From: Lytechinus pictus
Lineage: Eukaryota
Direction: 5' to 3'
DNA: 64,000 nt
Assembly: GCF_037042905.1 (NCBI RefSeq)
Contig: NC_087245.1
Location: forward strand, 17,982,001 to 18,046,000
The notes under the pieces were generated by a model. The model was not told the origin of the DNA. It worked only from the letters and a program-made list of their open reading frames with translations, and searched no databases. Position numbers and translations under genes: made by a program. Shown piece by piece: positions 40,101 through 55,100 of this stretch (position 1 is the first letter of the stretch; every line of letters begins with the position of its first letter).

Positions 40101-43100
40101 CTCCTCTAGTCTAGAAATACAGACTCGTGTCTACAGGCATACTGTATGTACACACACGTGCATCATAAATTATTCACATTAAGATTCACTTGGCTTGTGG
40201 AAATATGACATTTTATGGCCTTGAGTAAACTTATGATAAGGAGTCATATTTAATATACAAGTTTGGAATGACGGTATTCCGGTCAGGGGGTAAATGTACA
40301 ATACTGCTATTACAGGTCCTACATGTAGCTCCATCTTTTGGAGGGTTACAGATCAGCATCTTTTAATCCTCCCATTTAAGCACTGACAAAAACAATAGGT
40401 AATGCAGGAAAGCCACATAGAAAGACACTGAGTGGGATTTTGCTATAACATGTGGCACTGACTTTCATCCTAATTTAGTAGGGTTAGGGTATATTCTAAA
40501 AGACTAGCACTCCTCTTACCCCCATCTCTGGATGTCATTGACTAAATATTGGAGATATTTTGATTCAGTGCAAGCAAGCTGAGCTATCTCATCTCACACA
40601 TTCTGCTATGGGCTGGTCTCTATGGAAACATCTAGGAAAGGAATATATGTTCATGGTTGCTTTTAAATGTAAGTTTTTACTAGATTTATTTTATGAATAT
40701 TGAGTTGAATATTATTGCATTAAAAAAAATCAGTGATTTAGCGTTGGAACTGGAGCTCATATGCAGTGTAGTTTTTGATGCACAACTTACCAATGATGAA
40801 CTAGTATTCAGTTTTATGTAAGAACCTGTGATTATTGTTACAACATTTTTCTGTATCATATATTAAAGTTTGCTACAATAATGATTTTAGTACACATTCT
40901 TCTTTGCTATATTTTCTGTATCCTGATGAAAATTCTGAAAGAGTTTTTCATGCATGCTTTATAGCAAATGTGATCTGAGTGTTTGCAGCTCCTCAGTAGC
41001 CATACGAAGGCATCATCGTGGGTGGGTAGTGTTCATTATGGTTGGATTAGCCAACTGATGCTTATGAAAATTGACTCATAAAATGGCTCCTAAAGTGGAG
41101 TGGAAAGTGCATCATGGAGACACAAATCCAGTGATATTTTCATTGCCTTTACTATTTTCATGTAAAGAATATTTCCAAGAATGTCACAGTGTAAAAAAGT
41201 GAGAATAATGTGTAGCAAACTAGCATGGCCAAAAGCAATCTACATGTACAAGTTTTGTCTCATTCTTCATTGTTTTTACTGTGTTTTGTCAGGAGTAGAT
41301 ATGAACTTATTGTGGACATACATGTAAATATACTCCTGATTATTCTGCTGGAAATAGTGATGAGGATGATGATGATGATGATGATGATGATAATTGTTAT
41401 CATTGTGTTGAAGATGATATCAGTTATGATTATGATGAGGATGATGATGATGCTGATGATGAAGATGTTGATTATAATTATGATGATCATACCAAGTAAA
41501 CCATTTGACAGTTACCAGGTTCATAAATTTGCATGCTAAACATCTTGTAATATGGAGGAAATGTCTGGCTTGTTTATAAACCTTGTTCATGAACAAATAT
41601 TTCTCACTGCAGTCTAGGACATTTGCACATACTGTAAAACTTAGTTCGTGTTAAGAAAGAAATGGTTAATTGGTTTTGTAAGAAAATAAAACTGGCAAGT
41701 ACATGTACATGCACTTCAAGGGAACTGTCCTGTGCCTAGTCATATGCTTATTTGCCTTATTAATGGTCTTGATACATCTAGACCTTTTCATTAAAAAAAT
41801 GGAAATGCTATGGAGTTCACTAATGTATTTCCTGGCAAAATAGTGCTATGAATGTTGTAAAGAGTAATACACATTTATTTGTTATCATCTAGTGGGTATA
41901 CAGGCAAGACTACATGATCAAAATGTTTTATTTGGGGTGAGACATCAGTACTGTTTGAATAGTTATGGTTTTCAAAGTGGTTGTGGCACTTTGCTTTTAA
42001 AGGACTATCATAATGCCTATTATGTTGGAAGTTGGCTGCAGATGTTGTGTGCTGTCTGAAGTCAGGATTGTCCTCAGGATAGCCCAAAATAAAAAAAGCT
42101 CCATTATATAATGTGATCAATGGGGATAGCACGCAGGAGGAGAATAAAGAAAGGGGGAGGGGAATAACATACATGTGCACACCAATAGAATCTTGACTAC
42201 ATGCAGGGAGTTGTGAGGGGGATGTAACCCTTTCCCTTTATCTTTCTCATTCTACCTCTTTCCCATCCTCAGCCACTTTCACTTCCCTGCTTTTCTGTCG
42301 AGTTTACTCCCCTTTTTTTATCATCCATCATCATTCTGAATCTCTCATCAAATAATCATGACTGTGTATGGTCTTTAGCATATCTGTAAACAGTCCCTGG
42401 ATGAGTAACATTCTCAAGGGCAATTATTGCTTGCTGCTGAAGATAGATGTTCTTCTCATCGACTTCCTGAGCCTCTTAGAAATGTTTTAATGTTATTTAA
42501 TGTTATTATATCTCAATGCTGTTTGTTACCGTTACACATTATTGTGCCTGTTTCAGTTCTGCAAGATAGATGCCATTCTTCTCAGCCGTGGTACGATTTA
42601 AAGACAATAAACTGTTTAAAGAAATTGTTTGAGCTCATGAAATATACAACTCTGCTGCAATATTTTGCTTATTGCATTTTTAGAACATTGGATCCATGCA
42701 TAATGTATATCCAGCTTAATATGTATTCTCCCATCAGTTTTTGTGGATGTTGTTTATACATGTATATCAAAAAGTCATCTTGCAATGCCCTTTGAATTTC
42801 CTTCGAGCAGTTGTTACATAGGGATCTCATCATCTGCATCCAAATGGACATGATTTTCAAGCAGAGTCAAAGTATATGTATGTACCGTGACACTCCATAC
42901 AGTGCAGTATGTTTTGCTCCTTGTCTTCTTTTTCATCAAAAGATGGACTGATTATCATAGGTTTATTGTAGTTTGGCTCGTTTTTTCATGAAGAGCTCTC
43001 CATCCTTCATACCGCACAGGTGTTTCTATAGTACCGATGGTGTTTTCAAAGGAGAGACTCTTCAAATGGCTTCACACCAATGCTAAATGAGAATCTCTCA

Positions 43101-46100
43101 TGCAAATAATCACTCAAATCAGTAGGGACGTATCCATAAAATGGGGTGTGAAGAGTTAAAGGTCAGTTCACATACACGAGGGATTATCCCAATTTTTTAA
43201 CCGACATGTAGCCGTAGTGTGAAAGCTGCTTGCTGATGGAAATGAACTTTAACATTTTGAAAATATACTAAAAAATGTAGTATGGTGCAATGGATTGGCG
43301 ATCTCTTTCTTTTTTATAAGTTTGAATTAAAAGGGAGAAATGTTTTGGGAGAATTAAAAGATGTTGAACTTTAGATTTGAAATCATTCCAGCTGCAGTAA
43401 TGATAGGAAAATGAATTGGAGGAGATTCCAACAAAATTTTCGTGGTTCTCTTTATTACCAGTACAACTGTATGTTCCTTTATATGATTCTGATTGAAAAT
43501 GAACAATTGCTCAGTAATTAGCAAAATGAGATTGAGAATGGTAAATATTTATGATGATATATAAAATATATTCTCTTTATTCACTGAGACTCCTTGAGTT
43601 CGGCTTTAAAGCTCGTCACTCATAAATTTTCAAAGATTATGGAGAGGAGAATAGATGGTCTTTTACTTAGAATAATTTCAATATCAGTATTTGTTACATT
43701 GAAAAAAGATCAATTTGAAGCACAGGTCTAGTTGAATTTTTCTACAGAACACAAAATGTTTTGTATTAACTTGCAGTTATTAAAGAATGATGATGGTAAG
43801 AATAGTTCATTAATAATAAAGAGCTTGAAATATTTGGCTAATGTCACAATTGATGGCATACAATTATAGTTCCCATAAACTTTATAGAATAAAAATGTAT
43901 TGTCAGATAACCCACATGTGAAGAGATTGAGTTGGGTTTCCTATGTTGTACTACATTTACAGTGCTCACCCATTATACATGTAGGATATGAATTATTCCC
44001 ATGTTTGAATATTTGGTGCATTAGTGCCCCATGCATCGAGCAAGTGACGTCATGGAGATTCCCCTGTCCCTCTCATCCTTGGTTTAGAGCCAAAATAACC
44101 CAAAGTGAAGCCGCAAGCAACATTCATGTTTGTTCTCTAACATTCCTGACTAATACAGGGTGAAAAGGAACGCAAGATATTTCATAGCACCTTGAGTGCA
44201 TGTTGGCCTCCTTTGCTCTTATTTCCGCTGATGGTAGAAATGTACGTGTACGAGTTGGCAAAATGACATCCCCCCTTGGCGAGTATTTGATTGGCATCAA
44301 TTTTTGGGGTTCTTTGTCATGTTCCTTATCAAGGGTAAAGAATAAGGCAATGCCATTGTGAAAGGAATTATGATTTTATTCAGCTTGTGCAGAGCAAAGG
44401 ATGAATACCAAGTGAATGACCTTTATACTATTTCATTTTTTCCTACCATGTTGGTTTTGAATACTGATACCATGCAAATGTGCTGTATGTGACCTGCCAC
44501 TTTTTTTTTGGGGGGGGGGAGGCGCTCACCTTCATAGCTTTTTATAAGTCATTAAAGCTTGTCTCAAGTGTTAGTTAATGAGTAATAACCATTAAAATGA
44601 TTCTATTTTGATATAGTCATTGTGATAATTGATCTAAATCAAATTGTTCATTCTCTCCCTCAGTGATTATTTGACAGGTTTATTGAGTGTAGAAATTGTA
44701 TTTTTGTGTCCCATTCCATGATTGAGATGTCTTTGTACATGTTTCAAATAAAAAAAAATAGTTCCCAAGTTTTTTTGATATAGAAATTTTGTCATTTTAG
44801 TGAAGAGTAGTATCAAACTTGAATCATAGGCATTGATCTTTTCTTTGGTCAATATTTAGCTCATCAATAAAGTTGTCCTAACTTATTGCTCATTATCATT
44901 TTAGCTAAGAATATAATTAGCACACCAACTGCATTAATCGCTTGTGCTGTATATATTTGTGCAGCATTAGGGCATTCACCCATGATTTATGGATGACAAA
45001 TTGACTGAATGGTTTCAATCAATACTACATTCTGAAATCAGCTGCTAAAATCAACAGCAGATGAACGATTGCCCATCCATGCATGCATTGATACATTGTA
45101 AGGAACTAAATCTCCTTTTTGATTAAGTTTAACTGATTTCAAGCTGTTATTCAGATACATATCAGGACAATATGCTTTATTTTTCAATTTACAGACCATA
45201 ATGTATGCTTTAGATGTCCATAATGTAACATATATGAGCTACATGTATTCTAGATGGATGGACATGAAGTACCATTTGAAACAGGGGGGGGGGGGGTTGG
45301 AGATGAATTACTATGACAAATTAGTTTTACGTTTCTCAATAGAGATTAATTATTAGTTTTCATATTCTTGTGCATAAACAACTTTCTTTGATTTGACTAT
45401 GGACGTGATGCTACTTATTCACGTGGTCAAGTATAATATTATAACTCATATGTTCAAGTACATGTATGTGTATAGTTGGAAGACTGAAAGGAGGTAGATA
45501 TGAGACGATTTATGTATGATAGCGGGATGGACATGAGATTGATGATATTGTCTATATAGAAGGACAATCTAAGGTCAGACCCATCAGTGATGTGTCTGAG
45601 CTCGTTTGCTATCCCATGAATCCAGCAAGACTCCGAGGTATTACTTCTTTTATCTCAAGATCAGTCAACCTTTCCAAGTAGCTAGTCCCTCAATTACCCA
45701 GCTTTAACCTCTTGACTGCTGCAGACTTCATCTTGTCATGAACCCATGACACTTGGGTATTTTTATTTTTACATACTTGTGATACACACAAATCAGATAC
45801 TCAAATCACCCCAAATTCAACTTTTCATCTCATATGAACTACTAATTTCAATAAATTACTTGTCCCCATTTTCTAACAAGCATCATTCATTGAAGCCATC
45901 TTCTCTTCAGTAATCAAGATCATTCCCACATACATGTAGGCCTATGTTCTCACTGAAAGTTGCCATTTTGAACTGGTGATGTATTCTCTTGAGAGATGTG
46001 AATCTGAAATAAAGCCCATTATCAGACCAAATGGATTTTAGTTTTTATAAAGCAAAATCCTTGGCTTTTGATCAGTGAAGGGTCATATAACTGCCATTGT

Positions 46101-49100
46101 TTTGCTTTGCAGGTTCTGTTGCATCGTCTCGTGCAAGCCTTGTAGATGAGTTGCGGACAATCACCTGCAACAAAGTTTTGAGCATTTTCAAAACTTTTAT
46201 GTGTGCAAATAATTTGCATGTGCTTCTGCGGGCAATTGCATGTGAGATACTGTTGATGCGGGTAGGACAAATAGTCACCCGCAAGTCACATGCAAAGCCT
46301 ACACGGAACGATGAGACGGGGCCTTTATAATGTAAATAACTGGTATAATTTTTTTATTTCATTTTTATCTTCAGATTAGCCCTTTGATTTGCAGTTAAGC
46401 CAGAAGGAAATGAAAAGGGTAATGATATTTTTCAAAGCTCTAAATATATGTAAATTATTGTACTGATTTGTTTACTCTTCACAGGCTCACGGTACTCTTG
46501 AAGACACAGAACTGAAGCCTCATAGAATGGACAGTCTTTGCTTAGCAGCAGACATCATGGCAGAACTGACTCAGATCATTGGATGTGATAATGGTGCAGC
46601 GGAACTAGCAGGGATTCTTCAAGATCTCAACTTTATTGTAAGTACAGCATATCGTGAAAATATACTGAGATGTAAATCTCTTGTGAACCTTAGGATACTC
46701 ACTGCAATCTTTTCTATGTAACACACTTTGCACAAGGATTGGTTGACGTAAAACTAATATAAGCAAGTGAAGATATACAGATGATGACAATACAAAATGT
46801 GTCACACGACAAACAATGCAACCGCTCCTACAGTGTCCTAATTTACATGGTTGCTAATGTTGAAGCTGGGAAACAATACCAGGACCTATTTCATAAAACT
46901 TGTTATGATTACAAATTTGCAATAACATTTTAAAGCTACTGAAATCATTCAGTTTGATTGGCTGATAGTAAAATTTCTGTACAATTGTTATGGAAATTAT
47001 GCTTTGTTATTATAACAAGTCTTTATGAAATGAGACCCAGTAGTTCTTACAGCAGAGTAAAGATGATGTTTGATCACAATTTGGTACATGAGAGTGAAGA
47101 TAGCTCAGTCGGTAAAGTGTCTGCCTGTCGAACCATAGATCGTGGCTTCGAGTCCACCCCAGGCGGATGACTGAAGCCAGTGCATTGTGTGTAAACGTCT
47201 CTCCCCTGTTTCATAGATGCAGGCTATGTTACAGTGGAAAACACTCTGTCCCTCAGATAGGACTTTAAATGGAGGCCCCGTGTAGAGGATAGTCACCACC
47301 TTTGCAAGTTAAGAACCCACTGCACTATTCGTATAAGAGTAGGGGGAAACCCCGGTGTAATGCTCCATCTGCATGCCCCCAATCAGTTATATCTGGAAGA
47401 GAGACCTCTGTGCGGGTCACAGTTCTGTGTGCGCGCCCTTCTCGGCGACCCAGATTGGTTGGCTCCTCCAAAAATGCGCCTTTGAATGTCGTTGACAGAT
47501 ATATGGTGCTATACAAATGCTGTGCATCATCTTCATGAACATTATCTATAAGTAAACCTTGATATATTTGTATCTAACACACTTCTCCCATTCAGTCATT
47601 ACTGAGAACACATGACGACATCGCATCAGGGAACCTTGATTCATCATCAGAGTTTGATGAGCACACCCAAGATTTCTACACCCCTGACTTCAATGCGACG
47701 GGGGATGCAATTCGCATGGTTGGAATCAGGAAATCAAAAGATGAACCACTGGTCAGTACTATGTTGTACTCTCAAACTTTATCTTTGTTAATTCTGTCCC
47801 TCTGCAATTTCCTTTTCTTTTTTTCATTTTTGTCTCGCCTGCGTAGCGGAGCGAGACATAGGTATCACTATTTTCGGCGTCGTCGTCGTCAACAATTGTG
47901 TTGTACACCCAATAACTTTCTATAGCTTCAAGGTGGGATCACCAAATTCATACCAGAGGTCCATCTCTTGAAGGCACAGGTCAAGTTCGAATATGAGTCG
48001 AAATGTGAATAAGGTCAAAGGTCAATGAACTTTCCATGACTGGCACTGTGCTGTGTTGTACACCCAATAACTTTCTATAGCTTCGAGGTGGGATCACCAA
48101 ATTCATACCAGAGGTCCATCTCCTGAAGGCACAGGTCAAGTTCGAATATGAGTCGAATTTGAATAAGGTCAAAGGTCAATGAACTTTCCATGACTGGCAC
48201 TGTGCTATGTTGTACACATAATAACTTTCTATATCTTCGAGGTGGGATCACCAAATTCATACCAGAGATCCATCTCCTGAAGGCACAGGTCAAGTTTGAA
48301 TATGAGTCGAAATGTGAATAAGGTCAAAGGTCAATGAACTTTCCATGACTGGCACTGTGCTGTGTTGTACACACAATAACTTTCTATAGCTTCGAGGTGA
48401 GATCGCCAAATTCATAACAGAGGTCCATCTCTTGAAGGTGCAGGTCAAGTTCAAATGTGAGCCGAACTTGAATAAGGTCAAAGGTCAATGAACTTTCCAT
48501 GACTGGCACTGTGCTGTGCTGTACACACAATAACTTTCTATATCTTCGAGGTAGGATTGCCAAATTCGTACAAGAGGTCCATCTTTTGAAGGTGCAGGTC
48601 AAGTTCGAATGTGAGTTGAATTTGATTAAGGTCAAAGGTCAATGAACTTTCCATGACTGGCACTGTGCTGTGTTGTACACATAATAACTTTTTATATCTT
48701 CGAGGTAGGATTGCCAAATTCATAACAGAGGTCCATCTCTTGAAGGTGCAGGTCAAGTTCAAATGTGAGCCGAATTTGAATAAGGTCAAAGGTCAATGAA
48801 CTTTCCATGACTGGCACTGTGCTGTGCTGTACACACAATAACTTTCTATATCTTCGAGGTAGGATTGCCAAATTCGTACAAGAGGTCCATCTTTTGAAGG
48901 TGCAGGTCAGGTTCGAATGTGAGTTGAATTTGATTAAGGTCAAAGGTCAATGAACTTTCACACTACTTTGTTCCTCTAGTGACATGAACTTTATAATTTT
49001 ATACTTTTTAACACCAACATTTTACTTCAGAACTCAGTACTCTCTATACCTGAACCAGATTTTGTATTTTACTTGTTTATTCTTTAAAAACTGTTGTTAT

Positions 49101-52100
49101 TTATTTAATGAGCTATAGTTCTTGGCACCATTTATAATATTCACACACATTTGCCACTGGTACAATAGAAAAGCTGTCAAAGTTTCTTAAATGTTACCCT
49201 TCAGATTTGACCTGCAGTCTCTTCATGACTGCAATATGCAGGCGAGACAACGCTTGGCGTTTGCCTTGTTAAATCTGTTTCTCTCTTTTATTAAATTGTT
49301 GCTTTGATGCATTTCTACCGAAGCTTAAAATGAATCTGGCCATATTCTTTTGCACAGATATTGAATTGTCTGATAAAAAGAAATTCAATATGGAAATGTA
49401 TCATGCTAAAATAATGTACATGTAATAGCCATTTGATAACCTGCTTATGGTGACTTTATTATACCCCCGCCAAACAAAGTTTAAAGGGGATATATAGGAA
49501 TCAGTGTACGGTTGGTCAGTCTGTTGCAAATCTTGCGCATTGAACTACTTCCTCAGGTTTTAACCAATTCTCATGAAACTTGGCACACATATTGGTGTTG
49601 CGGTAAAAGTGTGCAAGACATATTTTTTGTATGTGTCAGAAATTTTGTTGCCATGGTAACGGTATATTATGGCAAAAATAAGGTAAACAATCTTGGAGTT
49701 TGAATTACTTAAATTTTCAACCAATTCTTGAAATTTGGCTCACTAATTGGTTTCGAGGTAAAGATCTCCGAGACACGATTTTGTGTGTGTCGGAAATCAA
49801 GTTACCATGGTAACTACATATTATATGCTCCAAATTAGGTAAAAAAACTTACTGTTCGTACAACTTCAACCAATTCTCATGAAATTTGGCTCACTCATTT
49901 GTTTTTAAGAAAAGATTACAAAACACATATTTGGTGTGTGTCAGAAAATCAAGTTGCCATGGTACAATATATTATACATGTACATGTATGCCCCAAATTA
50001 GGTAAAAATCTTGCGGTTCGTACTACACGTACGTCATCAGTTTTCAACCAATTCTCATGAAATATGGCTCACACATTGGTCTTGAGGTAAGGATGTGCAG
50101 GACATATTTTTCCATGTGTTGGAAGTGGTGTTGCCACGGTAACAACATATTTTATATCAAAAAATTAAGCAAGAATCTTGTGGTTTGAGTTTCTTTATCT
50201 GTTATTAACAAATTCTCATGAAATTTAGCTCACACATTTGTCTTGTGGTAATACTAGGCAAGAGCTGTTGCCATGGTAACAGTGTATGGCGGGGTATTAA
50301 TCACCTTCAGTGATAGTTTCTAGTCTTTTCATTCTTTCTTTCAGGGTGTTACATTCAAGGTAGAGGATGGTGAGATAGTAGTAGCAAGGATAATTCATGG
50401 AAGCGTCATTGATAAACAAGGTAAATTTGATACACCATGGGAGTGGCACTTACAATGTATAGAGACATAAGATTCTCTGTTTGATAAAGATGTATCATAA
50501 AAATTCTGCTGTAATTGGAATCTTTTACATACTTTTTCTTACTGTCTGAATCTGTAAACTCAATTTATTCATCTGAGCAAATAAAACACTTGTCATGACT
50601 ATATTTTTTTGTCAAGAAGTCGCCTTAATGATAAAACTTGATGCAATTTTTTAGTCACATACTTGCAGAAGTGAAAAGATGGGACTAAATTCAAATTGTC
50701 TGCCAAACCATTTCAGTATTTTCCAAATCATGTGAATGGGAGGGCATTCAAAGAGCAATCCTTATGATTGAACAGTTTTATCTGCATTTGCTTTAAATGA
50801 TAACTGACAGTGAATCCTCATCTGGAATATTGCAACAAAAGTTTTATTTTCTGTTCTGTTGTAGGTTTACTACATGTTGGTGATGTCATTCAAGAGGTGA
50901 ACGACCATGATGTCAGCAATGACCCTGATGCCTTGAGGAAACATATCAAGAAAGCTGAAGGAAGAGTCACGTTAAAGATTCGTCCAAGCTATCAAGACTG
51001 TATAATGCTACCTCCAGTAAGTGCAGTGGTCATTTCAGTGGACCAGCGCATATGGTCATCTGAATAGACAGGACAGTTATGTTCTCTCTTTCGAGGGGAT
51101 GTCCCTTGGGCCTTATAGGCTTGTATAGCCGTACATATTGATCACTATTCAATTATGTGAAGATGGCTAATCCCTGGGTCCATTTCATAAAGAGTAACTT
51201 TGCCTTTGTTGCAACTACCATGGTAACCGTCAATGTTATTGGCTGCTGAGCCTAGTTACCATGGTAGTTAACACAATAGTTGTAACTCTTTTTGAAACAG
51301 GCCCCTGATGACATGAAGCAATTCTCAAAATCTAATATCAAATAAAGACTACATCTCGTCTGTCATTGAAAGATGGTATGTTGAATGATGAATCTTGAAA
51401 AATGTTTGATGAATTTCAAAGTTCTTTTATTCACAGTGTTTGATGCCTTGCTTTGCAGTGTATGCTGTTGTTAAAGTGTACTCACTGTACTCCAACTATG
51501 TTGTTTTGTCTTGATAGATACAGAATATTTAATGAAAGAAAATGAAAATAATAGAGTGAGATGTCATTCACAAAAGCTCTTTTACATAAAATGTTTTGAA
51601 AATTTGTATATTATAAAGTTATTGCAGCTTTTTATACATTTTCTTTTCTCTAGAAAATGGAAGTACCTGAAAATTTGTTATTGCTTTGTTGTTATCAATT
51701 ATTTTTTAGGCATACACTTTTAGACAGGAGTGATATTGATCTGCTTCCTCACCCAATAGAGTATTTAATTCCCAACCTGAAATCAAATTATTTTCTGATG
51801 AATTAATTCTTATTTATTTGATTATTTTTTTCCCTCAGATATATTTTCGAGCATTTTTCGACTACGACCCTTCCAATGATACCTTGGTGCCATGTCAGGA
51901 AGTTGGCTTGCCATTCAGAAGAGGAGACATTCTATGTGTGGTGGAGAGAGATGATATGGAATGGTGGCAGGTGAGGTCAAGGGTCATATTTTAAGGTCAA
52001 AGTTCAGAGGTCAATGATTTATTTTGTCCTCAAGTGTTTAATAGGGATGGAAAGTAGTATGTCATATTTTAAATTGAAATGCAGTTCTGATCATATGCTT

Positions 52101-55100
52101 TCATTCAAAGATACTATTTCATATTAATTGAGAAATATATATTATTTCAATGTAGTAAACAATGCTGTCTAGTGTGAGATAAGGTAAAAGGGAATATTAA
52201 TTTTGTTTAGGAAACTTATTCACCTTATGCTGCAGGAAGTTGTATACATTCAAGCAGGGCCTTTACAGAGCTACAAAGCTAGAAATAGTGTATCAAGCAG
52301 AACTTTCTGAAATTTCAGTAGGCTTTTTTTTCATGATACACATATAGATTTCTTATTGTAATAGAAGAATATGAGAGCTTGTGAATTACTTTTCACCTTC
52401 CTAGAACAAATGTTTGCAAGTGCTGAGTGATGAGTTTGCTTTTGAATGAAGGCAAGTATAAATTTGTATACAATATATGATATTATTAAATAATATTCTC
52501 TTATTCATTCAGGCCTATGTTGTAGGGGATGAAGGACAGTCGGGCCTTATTCCAAGCCAAGATTTAGAAGAAAGAAGGAGAGCATTTGTACCTCATGAAA
52601 ACATCTATACAAGTGAACTGGGTAAGTTGGAATACAGGCATTGTATCTATTTATATCTTTTTGAATAACCAAATGAGTTCTTTAAGTAGTATTGATGCTG
52701 ATCAAATGCACTTTCTTAGAGACATGTACAATGGAACAGGGGAAATGGGACGTTTTCATTTTAATATGAATATGATTATTTTCGACTAAAGCTACCTGTA
52801 GCAAGATTAAATTCCCAAAATCAGAAAATAGTAGCCTCTTTGGTTCTTTAATTATCTGTGATTTTACAGTTTACCTTCTTTTACTAAAACATGAAGTTCA
52901 AATCTCAGTTGGTGGGAATAAAGTTTTCACCATATTTTGAAAGCACATGATAACTATGGCATGTTTTCATTGTTTAGTTTAAGATGGCCAGGTGAAGCTA
53001 CTTCATGTCTTCATGCAACTGTAAATATGGTCTTTCCAATCTCAGCAAACAAATTTTGAATGTTTTCTTTTTCAGTTGCCTGTGGATTGGTTAAATCCAA
53101 GAAGAAGAAACGTGAGAAGTATGAGACAAGGAAGAACCACCAGTTTGATAGATCAGACATCGTAATTTATGAAGAAGTTCAGGAGATGCCACCGTTCCAG
53201 AGGAAGACTATAGTTCTTCTTGGTGCTCAAGGGGTCGGTAGGAGAACACTCAAGAATAGACTCATAGAACATGATCCATCAAGATTCGGTGTTCCCATTG
53301 CACGTGAGTATACATCCATATCGAAACAAGTTAGTTTAGCTCAGACTGAACAACAATGTCTAGGGTTCGAATCTCACTTCAGAACTACATGTAATGTCAT
53401 CTGGCAAGACACTTATATTATATTTAACAACTCTCCACCATATTTTAATTAGGTACTTTGGATGTCTAATAAAGGTTTTTTGTAAATTTATGAAGAACTT
53501 AAGAATAATAAAAAAATGAAAACATAGAATAGGTTTTTCAGCAGAATTGGAATTGAAATAGGTAGATTTTGATTGGTGCAAGATGTCATTTGTGCCACAA
53601 TTTAGATGGGATGGTTTGAGGGCTCATACTTGTATCAGTGTTATAAGGAGCAAATTGTTATCAAGATTGATGTCATTCAACCATAATATTTTGTGCGGTG
53701 CCGAGGTGGAGGTGTACAGACATTCAATCCACCATCCTACAAAAAGAAAAGGAGCTGCTAATATTACAGGCTGGTACATGCATGTCTTTAAATGCAAAAA
53801 AAAAAATAGCCCGAAGGCCCTTCCCATGTAAAAGTTACCCTGGAGCATAGCACTCCTTGAATAACTTTTCTGCAGGGCAAGTCTCCCCAAAGAACACCTC
53901 ACCTTAACAACAACTCCTTCAAGTACAAGTGGGAGAAGCTGAAGGGAGTAGGGGTTGTCCTGGGTAGGAATCCTTGAATCATCTTTAGTTTGGTTTTCAG
54001 AGTGAGTAGCATGCCAGATGAGTTGTGATTTGACCAAGACATGATGATTGACGTTTTTATTTATTTTTATTGGGTATTAAATTTTCATAGATACAACAAG
54101 GCTTCCAAGACAAGGTGAGAAGAACGGTGTTGACTATCACTTCGTCCTCCGCAGTGAAATGGAGAATGACATCCTTAACCATCGATTCCTAGAGTATGGA
54201 GACTTTGCTAACAACCTTTATGGCACAACCTTTGACTCCATTCGAGAGGTCAACCAGAAAGGTCAAATGTGTGTGCTAGATGTCAACCCTCAGGTGAGTA
54301 GTCATTATAATTCCTCAGTTTTTTTTTTTTTTTTAATAGAAATAAATTGAACATTGAAATATTTTGCATTTTTAGCTAAACAATTTGTATTGGTCATATG
54401 CAGTAATCTGATTTTTAAGTTGATATTAATATATACTAAAAATGAAAAACAAAATTATCCCTCCCACTTTATTCCAGAGCTCATGTTGTGATTTTTTTAA
54501 AGAATGAACTTTTTGGGCATTTTTATGGGGGGTATTAGGTAGAACTTGCTCCCTCCCCCTTTTTTATACAGATGTAAACGTATATACAGGTACTATTCCA
54601 ATGATAGAATTTTTAAGAGATATTGTTAAAATATAGAGGTTAAGTCTTTGTTTGATGATATGTGATGAGTGTTGTAATATATGTACTAGTTATTCAATTT
54701 CATTTGATTTTCTTTAAAAATGGATTCGCTCTCTGTAGAATTCAAATAATCATTTGTCTAACCAATGACTCATTTGTTTTATTACAGACATTGAAACTTC
54801 TGAGGAACAGTGAATTCTTGCCTTTTGTAGTGTTTGTAGCATCCCCAGATCTAGAAACTCTTAGAATATTACACGAAGCAGCTGCATCATCAGAAAAACA
54901 CGTCATGGTAGGTATACTATAGTCAAGATATCAGGGATGGATCTGAGGCCAGTGATTATGTGTTAAGAGTTCAAGTGATAGAACTCCTATGTCGAGGCTG
55001 GCAAAATGAAGCCTTTAGACCTTCCTTAGATAAATCCCCAGAATTCATACACCGAAGCACTGCAATTAGATTGGTCAGAAGTATGAAGAAGAAAAAAATG

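Noticed and set aside
47981..48943. Series of similar minus-strand ORFs (MTLFKF...)
   Set aside because: They arise from the 154-bp tandem unit, whose length is not a multiple of 3, and start at non-ATG codons.
53624..54037. 137-aa minus-strand ORF inside the MPP intron
   Set aside because: Non-ATG start, no domain-like features, antisense in an intron.
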